A stretch of 64,000 nt of DNA from a virus (IMGVR_UViG_3300021197_001635:72013-136012); one strand, 5' to 3'. Positions 49,301-59,181 are shown, numbered from the stretch's first letter. Numbers and translations are program-made. The notes: generated by a model from the sequence alone, not told the origin.

Positions 49301-50908
49301 AGTCGATACCGATCCGTTGAAGGTGAATGTGAGTCCAGTCCCAGTATCATCTATTAGATGGAATGTCCTATTGGCAAGATTGACCTCAGCACCAGTCTGC
49401 CCAACCACTATTGTAGCAGTAGCCCTAGAGGGACCAGCATCCCTTAACACTAGATCAGATCCACCCCAATTTCCTTCTGCAGAAACTGCTGTGGAATCCA
49501 ATTTTCCATTGCCTTCATTGATGATTAGTTGTGCGGTAGCACCAGTCCCAGCACTGTTATTTCCAACCAGAACCGATAATTTTGCATTAGCGGTTGTGCC
49601 ATCATCCTTGGCGATATATACCTTGGATGTACCCTCAATTGAGTTGATACCTATCACAGAATTATCAGGCATATAACCAGTTGAACCTGTATGCATATTG
49701 AAAGTTAAACCAGCATTTAACAATACCCTATTATGTCCGTTCCTAGAATTGATAGCACTTTTTAAGTGACCAGCAGCGAGTATTGCCTTAGCCCCAGCAT
49801 CCGAGCCACCACTGCCGTCTTGGAATACCACGTTTGTGCCACTTAGATCACCATCGGCAGCCGCACCATCTGCTACTGCTTTATATGTGACATCCGTTCC
49901 ATCAGTAGATATCATCCTTATTGTACCATTCACCTCGGCAGCATTATCGAACGCGAATTCCGATGATGATCTAGCAGCAAAGTTCGGTTGTCCTCTATAT
50001 TTAACTATCAGTTTGGGTCGATCAGTAGGTTCGGTAGCATTCACACTGTGGAACACATGAGCATTAAAATATTCACCAGCAGTTAGGTCTTGGTCTCTAA
50101 CGATCATGAATCTACAGACGGATTGCTCGTTGGCAACAGCATGCTGAACCAAAGGAGTCACATCTATATTTAATTCAGAAACCCCATCTATACTTCCAGG
50201 ATCATTAGAAATGCTATCTCCGAAAGAGGCTGTGACAAATAATGGGTTGTTGAAGTGTTGGGACGGACCAGCCTGCACATAGTCGTTTGCACCAGTTCCT
50301 TCTGTAGTCCAAGGTACACCTGATATTGAGTCAAACGCTTTCCAGAAATACCAGTCCATCTGCTTGATATCTGCTAGTTCGTTTGCAGACCCATCTGCAT
50401 TGGTAGTAATACCCGATATATCATGGTTAAGCAGGTAAACCTTTGCGCCATACTCTCTGGTCGTAACGCTTTGCTGTCTTCCAAATCCAAATATGTTTTT
50501 TATTTTCAACCTCAAAATGGCATTATCTATCTCAGTATCTGTGCGGAATTCTGGTAAACCGTCTGCCTCAGTGTTGGAGAGAGCAGTATTCATATCAACT
50601 ACTACCACACCCCTGCTAATCTGGGCACTATAGGAAGGCTCTAGATAGCAAGTACTAAGAGCATCACCAAATTTCCATTGACCAACCGTGAATTTTGCAA
50701 GATCCCATCTATCATTCTCCGACACAGGTGGTTCTTCACCAGCCCCATCCCACCACAAATGGCTGCAATATTCATCCCTTAGATAGGGTATAGAGGTATC
50801 CTCTTCAACATCTAAGACAACATTGTATTCCCGCGTTTGATCACGAGAAACACCACCTAAGACAGTATTCTGTCTGCCAGTTAATCTATGCCTGGCTTTT
50901 TCACTCAT
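46367..50908 (-). CDS. Large G/T/S/A-rich virion structural protein (fibre/appendage-like)
   Basis: ~1510 aa, repeated ATA.I / L.D..G...TFTF / I.LTQ modules. Confidence 0.65.
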   Translation of the reverse strand: MSEKARHRLTGRQNTVLGGVSRDQTREYNVVLDVEEDTSIPYLRDEYCSHLWWDGAGEEPPVSENDRWDLAKFTVGQWKFGDALSTCYLEPSYSAQISRGVVVVDMNTALSNTEADGLPEFRTDTEIDNAILRLKIKNIFGFGRQQSVTTREYGAKVYLLNHDISGITTNADGSANELADIKQMDWYFWKAFDSISGVPWTTEGTGANDYVQAGPSQHFNNPLFVTASFGDSISNDPGSIDGVSELNIDVTPLVQHAVANEQSVCRFMIVRDQDLTAGEYFNAHVFHSVNATEPTDRPKLIVKYRGQPNFAARSSSEFAFDNAAEVNGTIRMISTDGTDVTYKAVADGAAADGDLSGTNVVFQDGSGGSDAGAKAILAAGHLKSAINSRNGHNRVLLNAGLTFNMHTGSTGYMPDNSVIGINSIEGTSKVYIAKDDGTTANAKLSVLVGNNSAGTGATAQLIINEGNGKLDSTAVSAEGNWGGSDLVLRDAGPSRATATIVVGQTGAEVNLANRTFHLIDDTGTGLTFTFNGSVSTAPGMTIGVDGLNSSKIRDNIVAGINLTSLNIGATSSAVSGAIAAEGIIAINSGASSDTVGNRTFHLLDSAGVGITFTFNAGASSGLTHGVMGATMPIGGLTASGIAGVVTRSINTMTQLDIKASQKGSIVGTTGSYNIYLEQETVGFQGNTVISNSGSTSSALSYDSSITGGIGGYGILLTQATAGNVGNTTISDSGSTAQGITYSANFSGGGTSSNEVAFHFDSSTPTSTISGHKRYVIGIQGDLASERFAAATLTIGGTGPTVGDTLHLINASGFGITYTGATFQDFITNKFIASSGSSASAVASLVKAIRGTDSSDAVGTGGHSGSISVEAGTTAGTEGGPTGGLGALILTQTILGTAGDTPISQDFNGSAGPTAFTGGIVSSGSHNLGTAGVATRIGEALALAIADRDLNITTTFANPYTINLAQVVKGQEGNRGISGARFSEYDSTSFSSNIAPSKGSAFGFHGGADPEWKGPTGGLVSFSLSDGNTGSTGSIRFYSSGIITSATGGTGASAGVGMPVLGPNAYAFSTYGASGPTGIADSIFDAISMAIVNKDISLSATDPAGVTSYVELIQSRNLGAKGNTPIGATLSSGLLSIEYGGYGATGFSGGYLNTGEPFGTTASAYIDVILNQASGGTNASVGNWGKKTLIITDNYNLYNGQGFSGPRTITFTGDGGRSADAGPTGGTGATCSAGMPILGVNSYAFVAGGTFTNDQMATNIYNAIELATINGHLSITADHDPANFVNKSAIKLTQSITGDGVGGYNMSGISGSASGVTSAHATVVGFAIPVMFGRGTNATSSLLSAKNRASNLARAIGSSGGHRGLIEVYVNEHTGTAGWTGGTGGVYLKQGVARGPSGDICLITASSGTGDGFTFGTSVFDSNCFEDGRSFRTDGRLIVTTTGANVKILQKNTDGASSDTTITTAASFTDHTNPNPPSKFTGTVPKRKGKAVYLNPGSTAADTTTYKVTPQSKL

Positions 50909-51651
50909 GTAGCAATCCACCTAACATCTGCGGTAACACCAGCAATAGTTACAACGTTGCATGCAGTTCCATGACTGACCTCTAAGAATATAGTATCTAG
51001 AGGGAGCAATGGGTATGCATTATTAGTTGATGCCCCTGTCGGACCTCCAACATATACCACATTGGTGGAATCGAAGTTAGTAACCCTAACACCACTTAAG
51101 AATGCTAGCTCACATAAGGGTTGACCCATTCCAGTTCCAGCACAAGCGCCATGGTTGCCGAAAACTATACCAGCAGGAGCGGCAACCGTAACCACATCCA
51201 CGTTGCCTATATTGTTGTCACTAGGTAGAATTTTAACATCACCAGTGACCCCTACGATTGTACCACTCTTTATAGATTGGATCTCGGTGTGTAGTGTGAC
51301 ACCGCTTTCTATAGACTGGATGTGCATCGAAGCACCATTGATATGATGGAGAGTACCACCACCAATAGTGATTCCTATCACCGTAAGTGCTGCACCACCA
51401 GAAATGGAGACTGGCACTGCCATAGTTCCCAGAGTATTACCTCTAACTGGTACATAAGGCATGCCAGTGTTAGGTGAATACTTAACGGGGATGGGGGTCG
51501 AATCTCCCAGAAGGGAATCAACGCCATCAGCACCTGTGTTGATCTTAATTACTTGAAAATGCTTTCCTGTAGAGGTGTGCAGATCCGTTGCTATGGTTGC
51601 TCCAGAAGGTGAGCTGGATACTACCTGAATGTTGTCAGAGGTAATGGTCAT
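50905..51651 (-). CDS. Putative structural protein
   Basis: Beta-rich; GATIATD..HFQ.IK..G.DG N-terminus. Confidence 0.55.
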   Translation of the reverse strand: MTITSDNIQVVSSSPSGATIATDLHTSTGKHFQVIKINTGADGVDSLLGDSTPIPVKYSPNTGMPYVPVRGNTLGTMAVPVSISGGAALTVIGITIGGGTLHHINGASMHIQSIESGVTLHTEIQSIKSGTIVGVTGDVKILPSDNNIGNVDVVTVAAPAGIVFGNHGACAGTGMGQPLCELAFLSGVRVTNFDSTNVVYVGGPTGASTNNAYPLLPLDTIFLEVSHGTACNVVTIAGVTADVRWIAT

Positions 51652-51748
51652 TTGGTTATATTCTCCCTAGGGCAATTGACATGGGTCTGTTCATTTTTAT
51701 ATATAAGAGGTGGGAAGTGGTAAATGTTTCATTATGGGGGCTTCTAGA

Positions 51749-51976
51749 ATGGAAATAATAGAAGAAGGCTTAGAATTTTGTAAAATGGTAGAGTCCTTGA
51801 TTCTAGAGGAGACTTTCGATAACTATATCGACGCCGTTCTTCATCTATGTGAAGAGATTAATATAGAGCCTTTTGTAGCCGCAAAATTCCTCACAAAGCC
51901 TATTAAAGAGAAAATCAAAAAAGAAGGGCAAGATATCAATCTCCTGCCCAAGAAGACTAGGCTGCCCATGAAATGA
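51749..51976 (+). CDS. gp33: Late-transcription co-activator (gp33-like)
   Basis: F...VE....YIDAV..CEE.NIE....K.L..PIKEKI..E..NLL; next to gp32. Confidence 0.8.
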   Translation: MEIIEEGLEFCKMVESLILEETFDNYIDAVLHLCEEINIEPFVAAKFLTKPIKEKIKKEGQDINLLPKKTRLPMK

Positions 51977-51987
51977 TGGGATATATA

Positions 51988-52016
51988 TTGACGGAATCCA
52001 GCCTCCGTGGTATAAT
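51988..52016 (+). promoter_or_regulatory. Early/middle sigma70-type promoter of gp32
   Basis: TTGACG-17-TATAAT with TG extension. Confidence 0.75.
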
Positions 52017-52064
52017 AATAAAATACTCAGTCACACAAAACGCATTATATAAAGGAAATGCACC

Positions 52065-52970
52065 ATGAGTTTTAGTAACATGAAGAAGTCATCAGGCGAC
52101 AACAGCCGCATGATGGAAGAACTTAACAAGATCAGCACTGGTGAATCTGCCAGTTACAAGGATGATCGATTCTGGAAGCCTGAACGAGACAAATCCGATA
52201 ACGGATTTGCAGTAATTCGGTTCCTCCCACCAGTAGACGGTGAGGACACACCTTGGGTACGGATGTTCTCCCATGGTTTCAAGGGCAAGGGCGGATGGTT
52301 CATCGAGAACTGCCCAACCACCATCGGTCGCAAGTGTCCTCTTTGCGAGGCTAACAGCGAACTGTGGAACAGTGGTCTCGAATCTGACAAGGATGTTGCA
52401 CGCAACCGAAAGCGACGACTCAGTTATATCTCCAATATTATGGTGATCAGCGACCCCAAGAATCCGCAGAATGAAGGAAAGGTCTTCCTCTACAAGTTCG
52501 GTAAGAAGATCTTCGATAAGGTAATGGAATCTCTTCAACCAGAATTCGCTGATGAAGAGGCAGTGAACCCATTCGACTTCTGGAAGGGTGCTAACTTCAA
52601 GCTCAAGATTCGCAAGGTGGCAGGATTTGTCAACTACGACAAGAGCGAATTCGATGCACCCTCACCCATCCTCGATGGAGACGATGAAAAGCTGGAAGAA
52701 CTGTGGGGCAAGCAGTACCCTCTTCAACCAGAGGTCGCCGAAGATAAGTTCAAGAGTTATGATGAGCTTAAGTCACGTCTAATGCAGGTCCTAGGAGGCG
52801 GTTCGTCCCGTGCTAAGACTGCAGAAGAGATGACCGACATCGGGGAGAACACTAATAACAAGACTGAAGATACTTCTTCCGACACTAGTGCAGATGTGTA
52901 CGAGTCTAGCAGCTCGGAAGGTGAAGATGATGCTTTGAGTTACTTCGAGAAGCTCGCTAGCGAAGATTGA
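52065..52970 (+). CDS. gp32: Single-stranded DNA-binding protein
   Basis: DDRFWK, NGFAVIRFLP, IENCPTT..CPLC, KFGKKIFDK, GANFKLK, acidic tail DALSYFEKLA. Confidence 0.95.
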   Translation: MSFSNMKKSSGDNSRMMEELNKISTGESASYKDDRFWKPERDKSDNGFAVIRFLPPVDGEDTPWVRMFSHGFKGKGGWFIENCPTTIGRKCPLCEANSELWNSGLESDKDVARNRKRRLSYISNIMVISDPKNPQNEGKVFLYKFGKKIFDKVMESLQPEFADEEAVNPFDFWKGANFKLKIRKVAGFVNYDKSEFDAPSPILDGDDEKLEELWGKQYPLQPEVAEDKFKSYDELKSRLMQVLGGGSSRAKTAEEMTDIGENTNNKTEDTSSDTSADVYESSSSEGEDDALSYFEKLASED

Positions 52971-53001
52971 TTTAGATCGGTATCTTCAACTTGTAAAGGT
53001 G

Positions 53002-53025
53002 GGAAGCCCTCTTCGGAGGGCTTCC
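53002..53025. terminator. Terminator hairpin between convergent genes
   Basis: GGAAGCCCTC-TTCG-GAGGGCTTCC. Confidence 0.8.
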
Positions 53026-53031
53026 TGCTTA

Positions 53032-55113
53032 TTATGCCATCTTCAACTTATGCTGTATCCCACTGCCAAGCCTCACCATCTTGCTTGGTGAAGGGTATGT
53101 GTTATTCTGGTTGCTTAGAACGGTGCTGGTCACTAAATTAGGTGCTGGGGCGGGTCTATTTGGAGCACCTCCAGAGAGATTGGACATCATGCCCTGTAGT
53201 TGCACCTGTTGACCGCTGAGATTTTTGGATGCCTTAGCAAGGACCTCCGCAATGATGTCTGGTGCTCTGTTTAGGGGTAGCACTACCTCTGGACCTGCTT
53301 CTCCTAGAAGACTTCTAACTGGTCCTTTCACTAGACCACCCTTTGCGAAGGGAACATCGCTTGGAAGTTCATGCCACTGTTTACCCATGAAAGCCTTGCC
53401 ACCACCCATTGAGGTCCACTTTGAGCCTGGTCTACTACCATAATACTCTTGCATTTCTGGGTAGAGTACATCATCAAATGCGCCGTTTAGGAATAGTTTA
53501 TTATCACCATCGTAGGTAACATCGTGCCCTGCCCATTCCGATAAAAGGGGGAAAGCATCCCTAAGTTTTTCACTATCAGAATGGTATAGAGTTTTCCCTC
53601 CTCCTAACACGTCTGAAGAAATGCCCTCTAATCTATCCCATTCTGTTTCGGCATTTTCTAGAACACCTGCTGCTGTATAAGATGCTGCTTTTGCAGATTC
53701 TTTATCTTTGTATTTCCTACTTATCAGATTGTGCATTTGTTGTTCCATATCGAAAAAGGCCTGTGCAGCCCTCATAATATGTTGTTTTCTCGTTGCTGCG
53801 GCCCTTTCTTCTGCAGAGATACCTCTCTGTTCTCCAGTTTCTTCATCTATTGTGAAACCAGATGACATTCTCGTCAGGGCCTGTCTCTCCTTTGCAGCTC
53901 TTTCCGCCCCCGCAAGTTGTTCTATGGTCATATCTTCCTTCAATCCACCCATTTTAGAAGTACCTTGTGCTGTCTGCATTGCTACAGCTGCTCTGATATT
54001 TCCTTCTTTCATAAGTGCTTCAACAGTTTGACCTTTGGATTCTGCATACTGTGCTAGTTCAGACTGGGTGATGAATTCTTTACCATCAAATGCTTTTGCT
54101 AGCTCATCGTTTGATCTGTAGACCTTTTCTCTTCCTTTTTCAGTCATTACTGTGACTTCTTTGGCAACGTTCCTAGATGCCTCATTAGCACCCTCCCGCT
54201 CCATCTTATAGTAATCATCTATCCAAGGTCCAACAAGATTCTTATATAACCAATCTCCTGCCGCAAAACCCAGTAGTCCAGCACCAGCAATCAGACCCAA
54301 AGGTGAAGTTAGGAGACTAAGCGCTCCCTTGGCAAGAACCCCACCTACTCCCAGAATGCCAGTTAATCCACTCATCAGGAGACTGCCGCTACCAAATAGC
54401 ATAGTACCTATCGCTGGTAAAAAGCCTTTTAGACCCCCTATTATCAGGCCTGGTAGTGCTGATACACCGAGAAGCAAAGATGAGAAGAAACCCCCACCTT
54501 CGTCTGGTCTATTGGCAATCACCGACTTATTGATTTTATTCAGTTTCTCGCCCAGACCCTCAAATAGTGATTGTCTCTTCTCTTGGTCGTCTGCCCTAGC
54601 CTTCTGCCCTTCTTTTTCAGCCTCTTTACCAGACAAACTAGAGGCAGGAGTCTTCTTACTTGCCAACATTTTGCCGCTTGGTCGGTTTCCTAAGGCCTTA
54701 TTAATGGCAGTTATATCTTTTACAATGCTCTTTCTATCTTTTCTACTTACGGTTGCTAACTTCTTGATGCTATCTGCATACTGATCTAGAGCCTGAGCAC
54801 CCTCACCCAGACCCTTACCACCACTGAATTTCTTAATAGAAATACCTATGGTATCCATGGTATTCACTACATTTTTACGCTCTTTTTTGCCTATCTTGGC
54901 TAATTTTTCTACACCATCTCCCAGACCATCCATCCCCTGAACGCTAGCACTTGTATCTTTCCCATTCATCTTTTTAGCGAACTTAGTCAAACTATCAGAT
55001 AGATAGGCTAGATTCTTACTAGCGCTCTTTGTTTCGGACTTGCTGATCTTACCTAGCTTGGATATAGCATCTGATAGATCATTGATGTCTCTTGGATTGG
55101 GTTTGTCTGCCAT
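53032..55113 (-). CDS. Tape-measure/baseplate hub (gp29-like) protein
   Basis: Helical A/G/K-rich, hydrophobic G/L stretch, FAKGGLV..LLGEAGPEVVLPL motif; position after gp26/gp51. Confidence 0.65.
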   Translation of the reverse strand: MADKPNPRDINDLSDAISKLGKISKSETKSASKNLAYLSDSLTKFAKKMNGKDTSASVQGMDGLGDGVEKLAKIGKKERKNVVNTMDTIGISIKKFSGGKGLGEGAQALDQYADSIKKLATVSRKDRKSIVKDITAINKALGNRPSGKMLASKKTPASSLSGKEAEKEGQKARADDQEKRQSLFEGLGEKLNKINKSVIANRPDEGGGFFSSLLLGVSALPGLIIGGLKGFLPAIGTMLFGSGSLLMSGLTGILGVGGVLAKGALSLLTSPLGLIAGAGLLGFAAGDWLYKNLVGPWIDDYYKMEREGANEASRNVAKEVTVMTEKGREKVYRSNDELAKAFDGKEFITQSELAQYAESKGQTVEALMKEGNIRAAVAMQTAQGTSKMGGLKEDMTIEQLAGAERAAKERQALTRMSSGFTIDEETGEQRGISAEERAAATRKQHIMRAAQAFFDMEQQMHNLISRKYKDKESAKAASYTAAGVLENAETEWDRLEGISSDVLGGGKTLYHSDSEKLRDAFPLLSEWAGHDVTYDGDNKLFLNGAFDDVLYPEMQEYYGSRPGSKWTSMGGGKAFMGKQWHELPSDVPFAKGGLVKGPVRSLLGEAGPEVVLPLNRAPDIIAEVLAKASKNLSGQQVQLQGMMSNLSGGAPNRPAPAPNLVTSTVLSNQNNTYPSPSKMVRLGSGIQHKLKMA

Positions 55114-55114
55114 T

Positions 55115-55276
55115 TTATTTCATCCCTGCTGTCATTGCCTCTTTGGCCTGTTTCTGTTTTTCCATCTCTTGTATAACCAATGTTAGGTATATTTGCCTTT
55201 CCCATGGGATCAGATTCTCAATCATTTCAAGAGGCATTCTATGATAGTACATTAGATTAAAATTGGAACGTATCAT
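55115..55276 (-). CDS. Small gp51-like baseplate hub assembly protein, possibly made by -1 frameshift
   Basis: Read by hand: MIRSNFNLMYYHRMPLEMIENLIPWERQIYL.. Confidence 0.75.
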   Translation of the reverse strand: MIRSNFNLMYYHRMPLEMIENLIPWERQIYLTLVIQEMEKQKQAKEAMTAGMK

Positions 55277-55302
55277 GCCTTCTAGAGTGTCATGACAAAG
55301 GC

Positions 55303-56016
55303 TTAACCAAAAAAATTCTCTATCCCTTCCACATCTATCGAGTCTTTATGTCCACATGCTGGGCATTTATATTCAACTGTCTTCTCCAGCTTGGGCATGG
55401 TCTCGAAAAAATTGGACAACTTATCAAAATTTTCCTTGGTTAGTTCGTCGACGAACCCCTTTAGTTCTTCATCTGTGAAGTCTTTCCTACTATAAACAGT
55501 CTTCTCATCATATACACTGTCGATGCAATCAACTAGTATATTCATCGCTAACTGGGACTCGTCGTCGCTCTTTTGAATATTGGGACCTACGTCCTCTAGA
55601 CTGGGGTATTTCATCATCACTCCCACCCCGTCAGATAGCAATATATTTGTGTCGTGATCTTCTTTCTTCACAATTTTTATCTCAGACAGGTCCACTGGCA
55701 CTTCAAATTTATTTTTGCATTCAGAGCACACCATCGAAGGCTTGACTACTTCTCCTATCGATTTCGATCTGATTTGCAAGAAGCAGTACTCGATGTCAAA
55801 TATAGGCATCCCTCTCACTGCTTCCTTATCATAGTCTTCTAAGCAAGATGCTACTGATTCTACCACAGAATTAATTTTAGAATCAGTATCTCCTGCCTCC
55901 ATTGCCATATGTAACACCTTCTCCTCTTTCACTAGGAAAGGTCTGAAATTCACATTCTTGCCGTCTGATGGCATAGACATACTATAGGTCGGAACCGAAA
56001 TTGTAGGTAAACTCAT
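55303..56016 (-). CDS. gp26: Baseplate hub subunit/chaperone (gp26-like)
   Basis: LP.I.VPTY, FRPFLVKEEK.L, DIEY.FLQIR.KS.GE, MKYPS, FFETMPKL, GIENFF. Confidence 0.85.
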   Translation of the reverse strand: MSLPTISVPTYSMSMPSDGKNVNFRPFLVKEEKVLHMAMEAGDTDSKINSVVESVASCLEDYDKEAVRGMPIFDIEYCFLQIRSKSIGEVVKPSMVCSECKNKFEVPVDLSEIKIVKKEDHDTNILLSDGVGVMMKYPSLEDVGPNIQKSDDESQLAMNILVDCIDSVYDEKTVYSRKDFTDEELKGFVDELTKENFDKLSNFFETMPKLEKTVEYKCPACGHKDSIDVEGIENFFG

Positions 56017-56044
56017 ATTGAAATCCTCATGTTAATATTATAAA

Positions 56045-56839
56045 TCATGCCATAAACGGTCGGTCGTAATCGCCACCAAATATCTGGCGAGTTATCTTCT
56101 TGTCTACGACTCGTCCGCTGTCTGCATATTTTTCGAGGGTGGAAACACCATTTTCCGCCCATGCTTGTACCGTGTCGCCGATTATATTCTTGAAAGGACT
56201 ATCGCTATTAATAGCCTCAAAAACCGAAGAATCATTCATTCCATAAGGCACAGATGACATGTCCCCTCCATCAACCTGTATATTGATGGGGTGGTAACTC
56301 CTGAATGCGAAATTAATCGTCTGCTTGGCAGTCTCAGAACTCTCATTAGACAACTCTACCGCACCTATTTCTTTTGGGTACAATTCTTCTATCCTAGCCT
56401 TATATACTGGTGACTCTGTACCGTCATAGATAATAATGTCCGCAGTAGCCTTGAAGTTATCATAATAATTAAACCTGTTGTTGATTGGGTTAATTATGTT
56501 GTCCATCCAAGTCTCAAACACTATTCTTTCATACATGTCTCTTCCGAATAGGAAGGTCATTGATATGTCGCCGCTGAACAACCTCTCATAGGGCAACTCT
56601 CTCGACACACCAATAGTCTTAAAATCGTTTGTAGATAGTGATCGGCCTGGCACGGTAACGGAGTCACAAGACAAACTCATCCTGTTATTCCATATCTCCC
56701 TGCCATCCGCTCTTATTCCAGAATTACCAATAATGGTGTCAGTAGCACCTACGATACCGCTGAATATGACTTTATAGTTGTTAGCCTGTATGAAGCCATA
56801 TCTATTTACCTTTGATACCATATCTGATATGTTGGGCAT
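56045..56839 (-). CDS. Tail-tube-like baseplate protein (gp54/gp19 family)
   Basis: CDSV.VPGR, FE.WM..I, YY..F, YPK.IG.VELS. Confidence 0.7.
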   Translation of the reverse strand: MPNISDMVSKVNRYGFIQANNYKVIFSGIVGATDTIIGNSGIRADGREIWNNRMSLSCDSVTVPGRSLSTNDFKTIGVSRELPYERLFSGDISMTFLFGRDMYERIVFETWMDNIINPINNRFNYYDNFKATADIIIYDGTESPVYKARIEELYPKEIGAVELSNESSETAKQTINFAFRSYHPINIQVDGGDMSSVPYGMNDSSVFEAINSDSPFKNIIGDTVQAWAENGVSTLEKYADSGRVVDKKITRQIFGGDYDRPFMA

Positions 56840-57460
56840 TTATTTCTTCCCCTTTTTCCTAATCTTATTTATACTGTCTACCCATACAGAAGCCTTGTTA
56901 GCCTTCCTAAATCTTTCTGATGGAAGGTATATTGCCAGATTCCATTCTTTGGGCGGGACCTTAAGTATTTTAGACCTTATCCTGCTGGTTTTGTACCTCT
57001 TGATACACGGAATTGCATACTTAAATCTGGAAAATCTGCTTATTATACTGTAAGATATTCTCAGTCTAGTGGTCTCATCCATCTTATCGTTATTGAGGTA
57101 TGAATAAAGCTCGTTTAAAAGTGCTTGTCTGAATCTGGGTTTAAGGTAATGTAAGTTTAGACCCAAAAAACCGTCGCTATAACTCTCTATTACCATAGTT
57201 AGGGGTGTCATATCATAATAAGGTAGTTGTTTTTTCTTGATGGGTACATACAAGAAGGAGCACATATTTCCTACTTTTGGTTTAGAAACGAAGATTTTCT
57301 TTTCACCGAGAATGCTCCTATCGCTCCCTATCATATCTCCTTTGAGATTTGATACCTTATCCTTGAACCAATCTACAGATTTTGAAGCCCGTCCGAATTT
57401 CTTTTTAGATAAAGAATCCAGTAGGGACAGTATGTGGTTATATACATTGGGATCTGACAT
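56840..57460 (-). CDS. gp2: DNA end protector protein
   Basis: LPYYD..PL, GFLGLNLHYL.P..R, PCIKRY, W..A..LP.E.F. Confidence 0.88.
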   Translation of the reverse strand: MSDPNVYNHILSLLDSLSKKKFGRASKSVDWFKDKVSNLKGDMIGSDRSILGEKKIFVSKPKVGNMCSFLYVPIKKKQLPYYDMTPLTMVIESYSDGFLGLNLHYLKPRFRQALLNELYSYLNNDKMDETTRLRISYSIISRFSRFKYAIPCIKRYKTSRIRSKILKVPPKEWNLAIYLPSERFRKANKASVWVDSINKIRKKGKK

Positions 57461-57895
57461 TTATTTTAATAACTCGTCTTCTGTAAGGATCTTAAATTTC
57501 CATCCTTTATTCTCAGCAAATTCTTCAGCCGCTTTCCACTTGGCAGAGTTTACCCCCCACCTTGCCACCTCTCTAAGATATCTTCTTTGTGTTTTCTTTT
57601 TCTTTTGCGGTTCTTTGCATTGTGCTTTGGGTTTGACCTCAATAAGGACCACTTCTCTGAATCCTTTTTTATTTCTAGTCTCAACTATGAAATCCACAAA
57701 ATACCTATGGCGTTTGTTATCTACAGGTGAGATATATGGTATGACAACCTCCTCCGACCCCCAAGATATTACGGAGTCGTTGCTGTCACAGAATACCATG
57801 AATCTTCTTTCCCACAGAGATCTATATATTATCTTAGTGGGGTCTCCTAAATACTTAGAAGAATTTTTAGGCTTGTATTTACCTTTGTATGCCAT
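57461..57895 (-). CDS. gp4: Head completion nuclease
   Basis: MAYKGKYKPKN..KY.GDP..I.YRSLWER, WGSEE, HRYF.DF, IEVKP, N.AKW.AA. Confidence 0.92.
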   Translation of the reverse strand: MAYKGKYKPKNSSKYLGDPTKIIYRSLWERRFMVFCDSNDSVISWGSEEVVIPYISPVDNKRHRYFVDFIVETRNKKGFREVVLIEVKPKAQCKEPQKKKKTQRRYLREVARWGVNSAKWKAAEEFAENKGWKFKILTEDELLK

Positions 57896-57957
57896 ATGTA
57901 GAAGCCTCTTATATATAATTATGTATAAGATCATAACCAAAATATTTAGGAGGGATC

Positions 57958-59181
57958 ATGTCTAATATACCTCAAGCTGGTGCTGGCAACTCACCAGATC
58001 TTAACCCTAACGCCGCTGGCAGTTTCGGTGATATACTCAACCAGATAGGGGATGCTAGTTTTTTCAAGCATTTCCAACGATCTGGTAAATTAGACTTTCT
58101 TGATCATGCTGCCGATGGATCACCCAAACCCAATGGGAATCACGTAGTATACCCTATAGATTTACACAATAACCCAGAATACGGACAACTAATTCATTTC
58201 GATGTGTTCTTCAAGAAGAATCCTAGGATGGAGGATCTGACCAGTTCAATAAGTTCTGTCTTTGATTCACTAGCAGATGGTATAGGCGATCTATACTCGG
58301 GTACAGTTGATGCTCTGGGAGAGGCAGCGACTGGTACGGTTGTAAATGAAGAAGGTGGGATCGATGTGGGCGGTGTAGGTGGTTTCATAGGAAACATAGC
58401 GGATCAAGGTGCAGTTAAAATATTGAACTTTATATCAGATAAGTCCCAACTTCCAGAATTTGTGAATGAGGAAATCATAAAAGATACCAGACTGGGCAAG
58501 GCAGAAGAGGAATCGCTAGACAAGATCACCTTATACCTGCCAGCAGACTTGAAAAATGCTGACTCAATCGGATATCAAGAAGTAGATCTGGGTCTCATAA
58601 AAGGAATTATGGATGGTAATTTAAGCTCCATGATTCCAGGAGTCATACAAAAGGCTGCTGGTATAGTTGATTCTGTTGCTGAGATAGCGGGTGGTCAGAT
58701 TAATTCAGCAGACGCCATATCATCTATCACGGGTGCTGTTAGAAATCCCAGAAAAGAGCAATTGTTTGAAAGTGTGGGGTTCAGAACGTTCGATTTCACC
58801 TTCACTTTCCGCCCCAAAAATGAACAGGAAGCGATAGACATGCTCACTATATGCAAACTATTCAGATTCCATGCACATCCTGAAGTCAATCCTAGTCAGG
58901 CATATTATCTTACACCTTCTGAGTTCCAGATCACATTCATAGATCTGAAACACCCTAACCCAGTTAGTAACAAATATTCTACCTCCCCCAATCATATAGC
59001 ATCAGAAAATCAATGGATTAATAAGATTGGTAGATGTGCATTGACCGCAGTCAATGTAGATTACCATCCGAATGGAGTGGTGTCTACCTTCGAGAATGGG
59101 ATACCCACTGCAATTGATCTTCAACTCTCATTTACAGAGATGGAAGCTATCACAAGAAACCACATTCACGCAGGATTCTAA
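57958..59181 (+). CDS. gp48: Baseplate tail-tube cap
   Basis: YP.DL, LYLP, NP..EQLF..V.FR.F.F.F.F.PKN..EA, L.F.E.E..T. Confidence 0.8.
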   Translation: MSNIPQAGAGNSPDLNPNAAGSFGDILNQIGDASFFKHFQRSGKLDFLDHAADGSPKPNGNHVVYPIDLHNNPEYGQLIHFDVFFKKNPRMEDLTSSISSVFDSLADGIGDLYSGTVDALGEAATGTVVNEEGGIDVGGVGGFIGNIADQGAVKILNFISDKSQLPEFVNEEIIKDTRLGKAEEESLDKITLYLPADLKNADSIGYQEVDLGLIKGIMDGNLSSMIPGVIQKAAGIVDSVAEIAGGQINSADAISSITGAVRNPRKEQLFESVGFRTFDFTFTFRPKNEQEAIDMLTICKLFRFHAHPEVNPSQAYYLTPSEFQITFIDLKHPNPVSNKYSTSPNHIASENQWINKIGRCALTAVNVDYHPNGVVSTFENGIPTAIDLQLSFTEMEAITRNHIHAGF

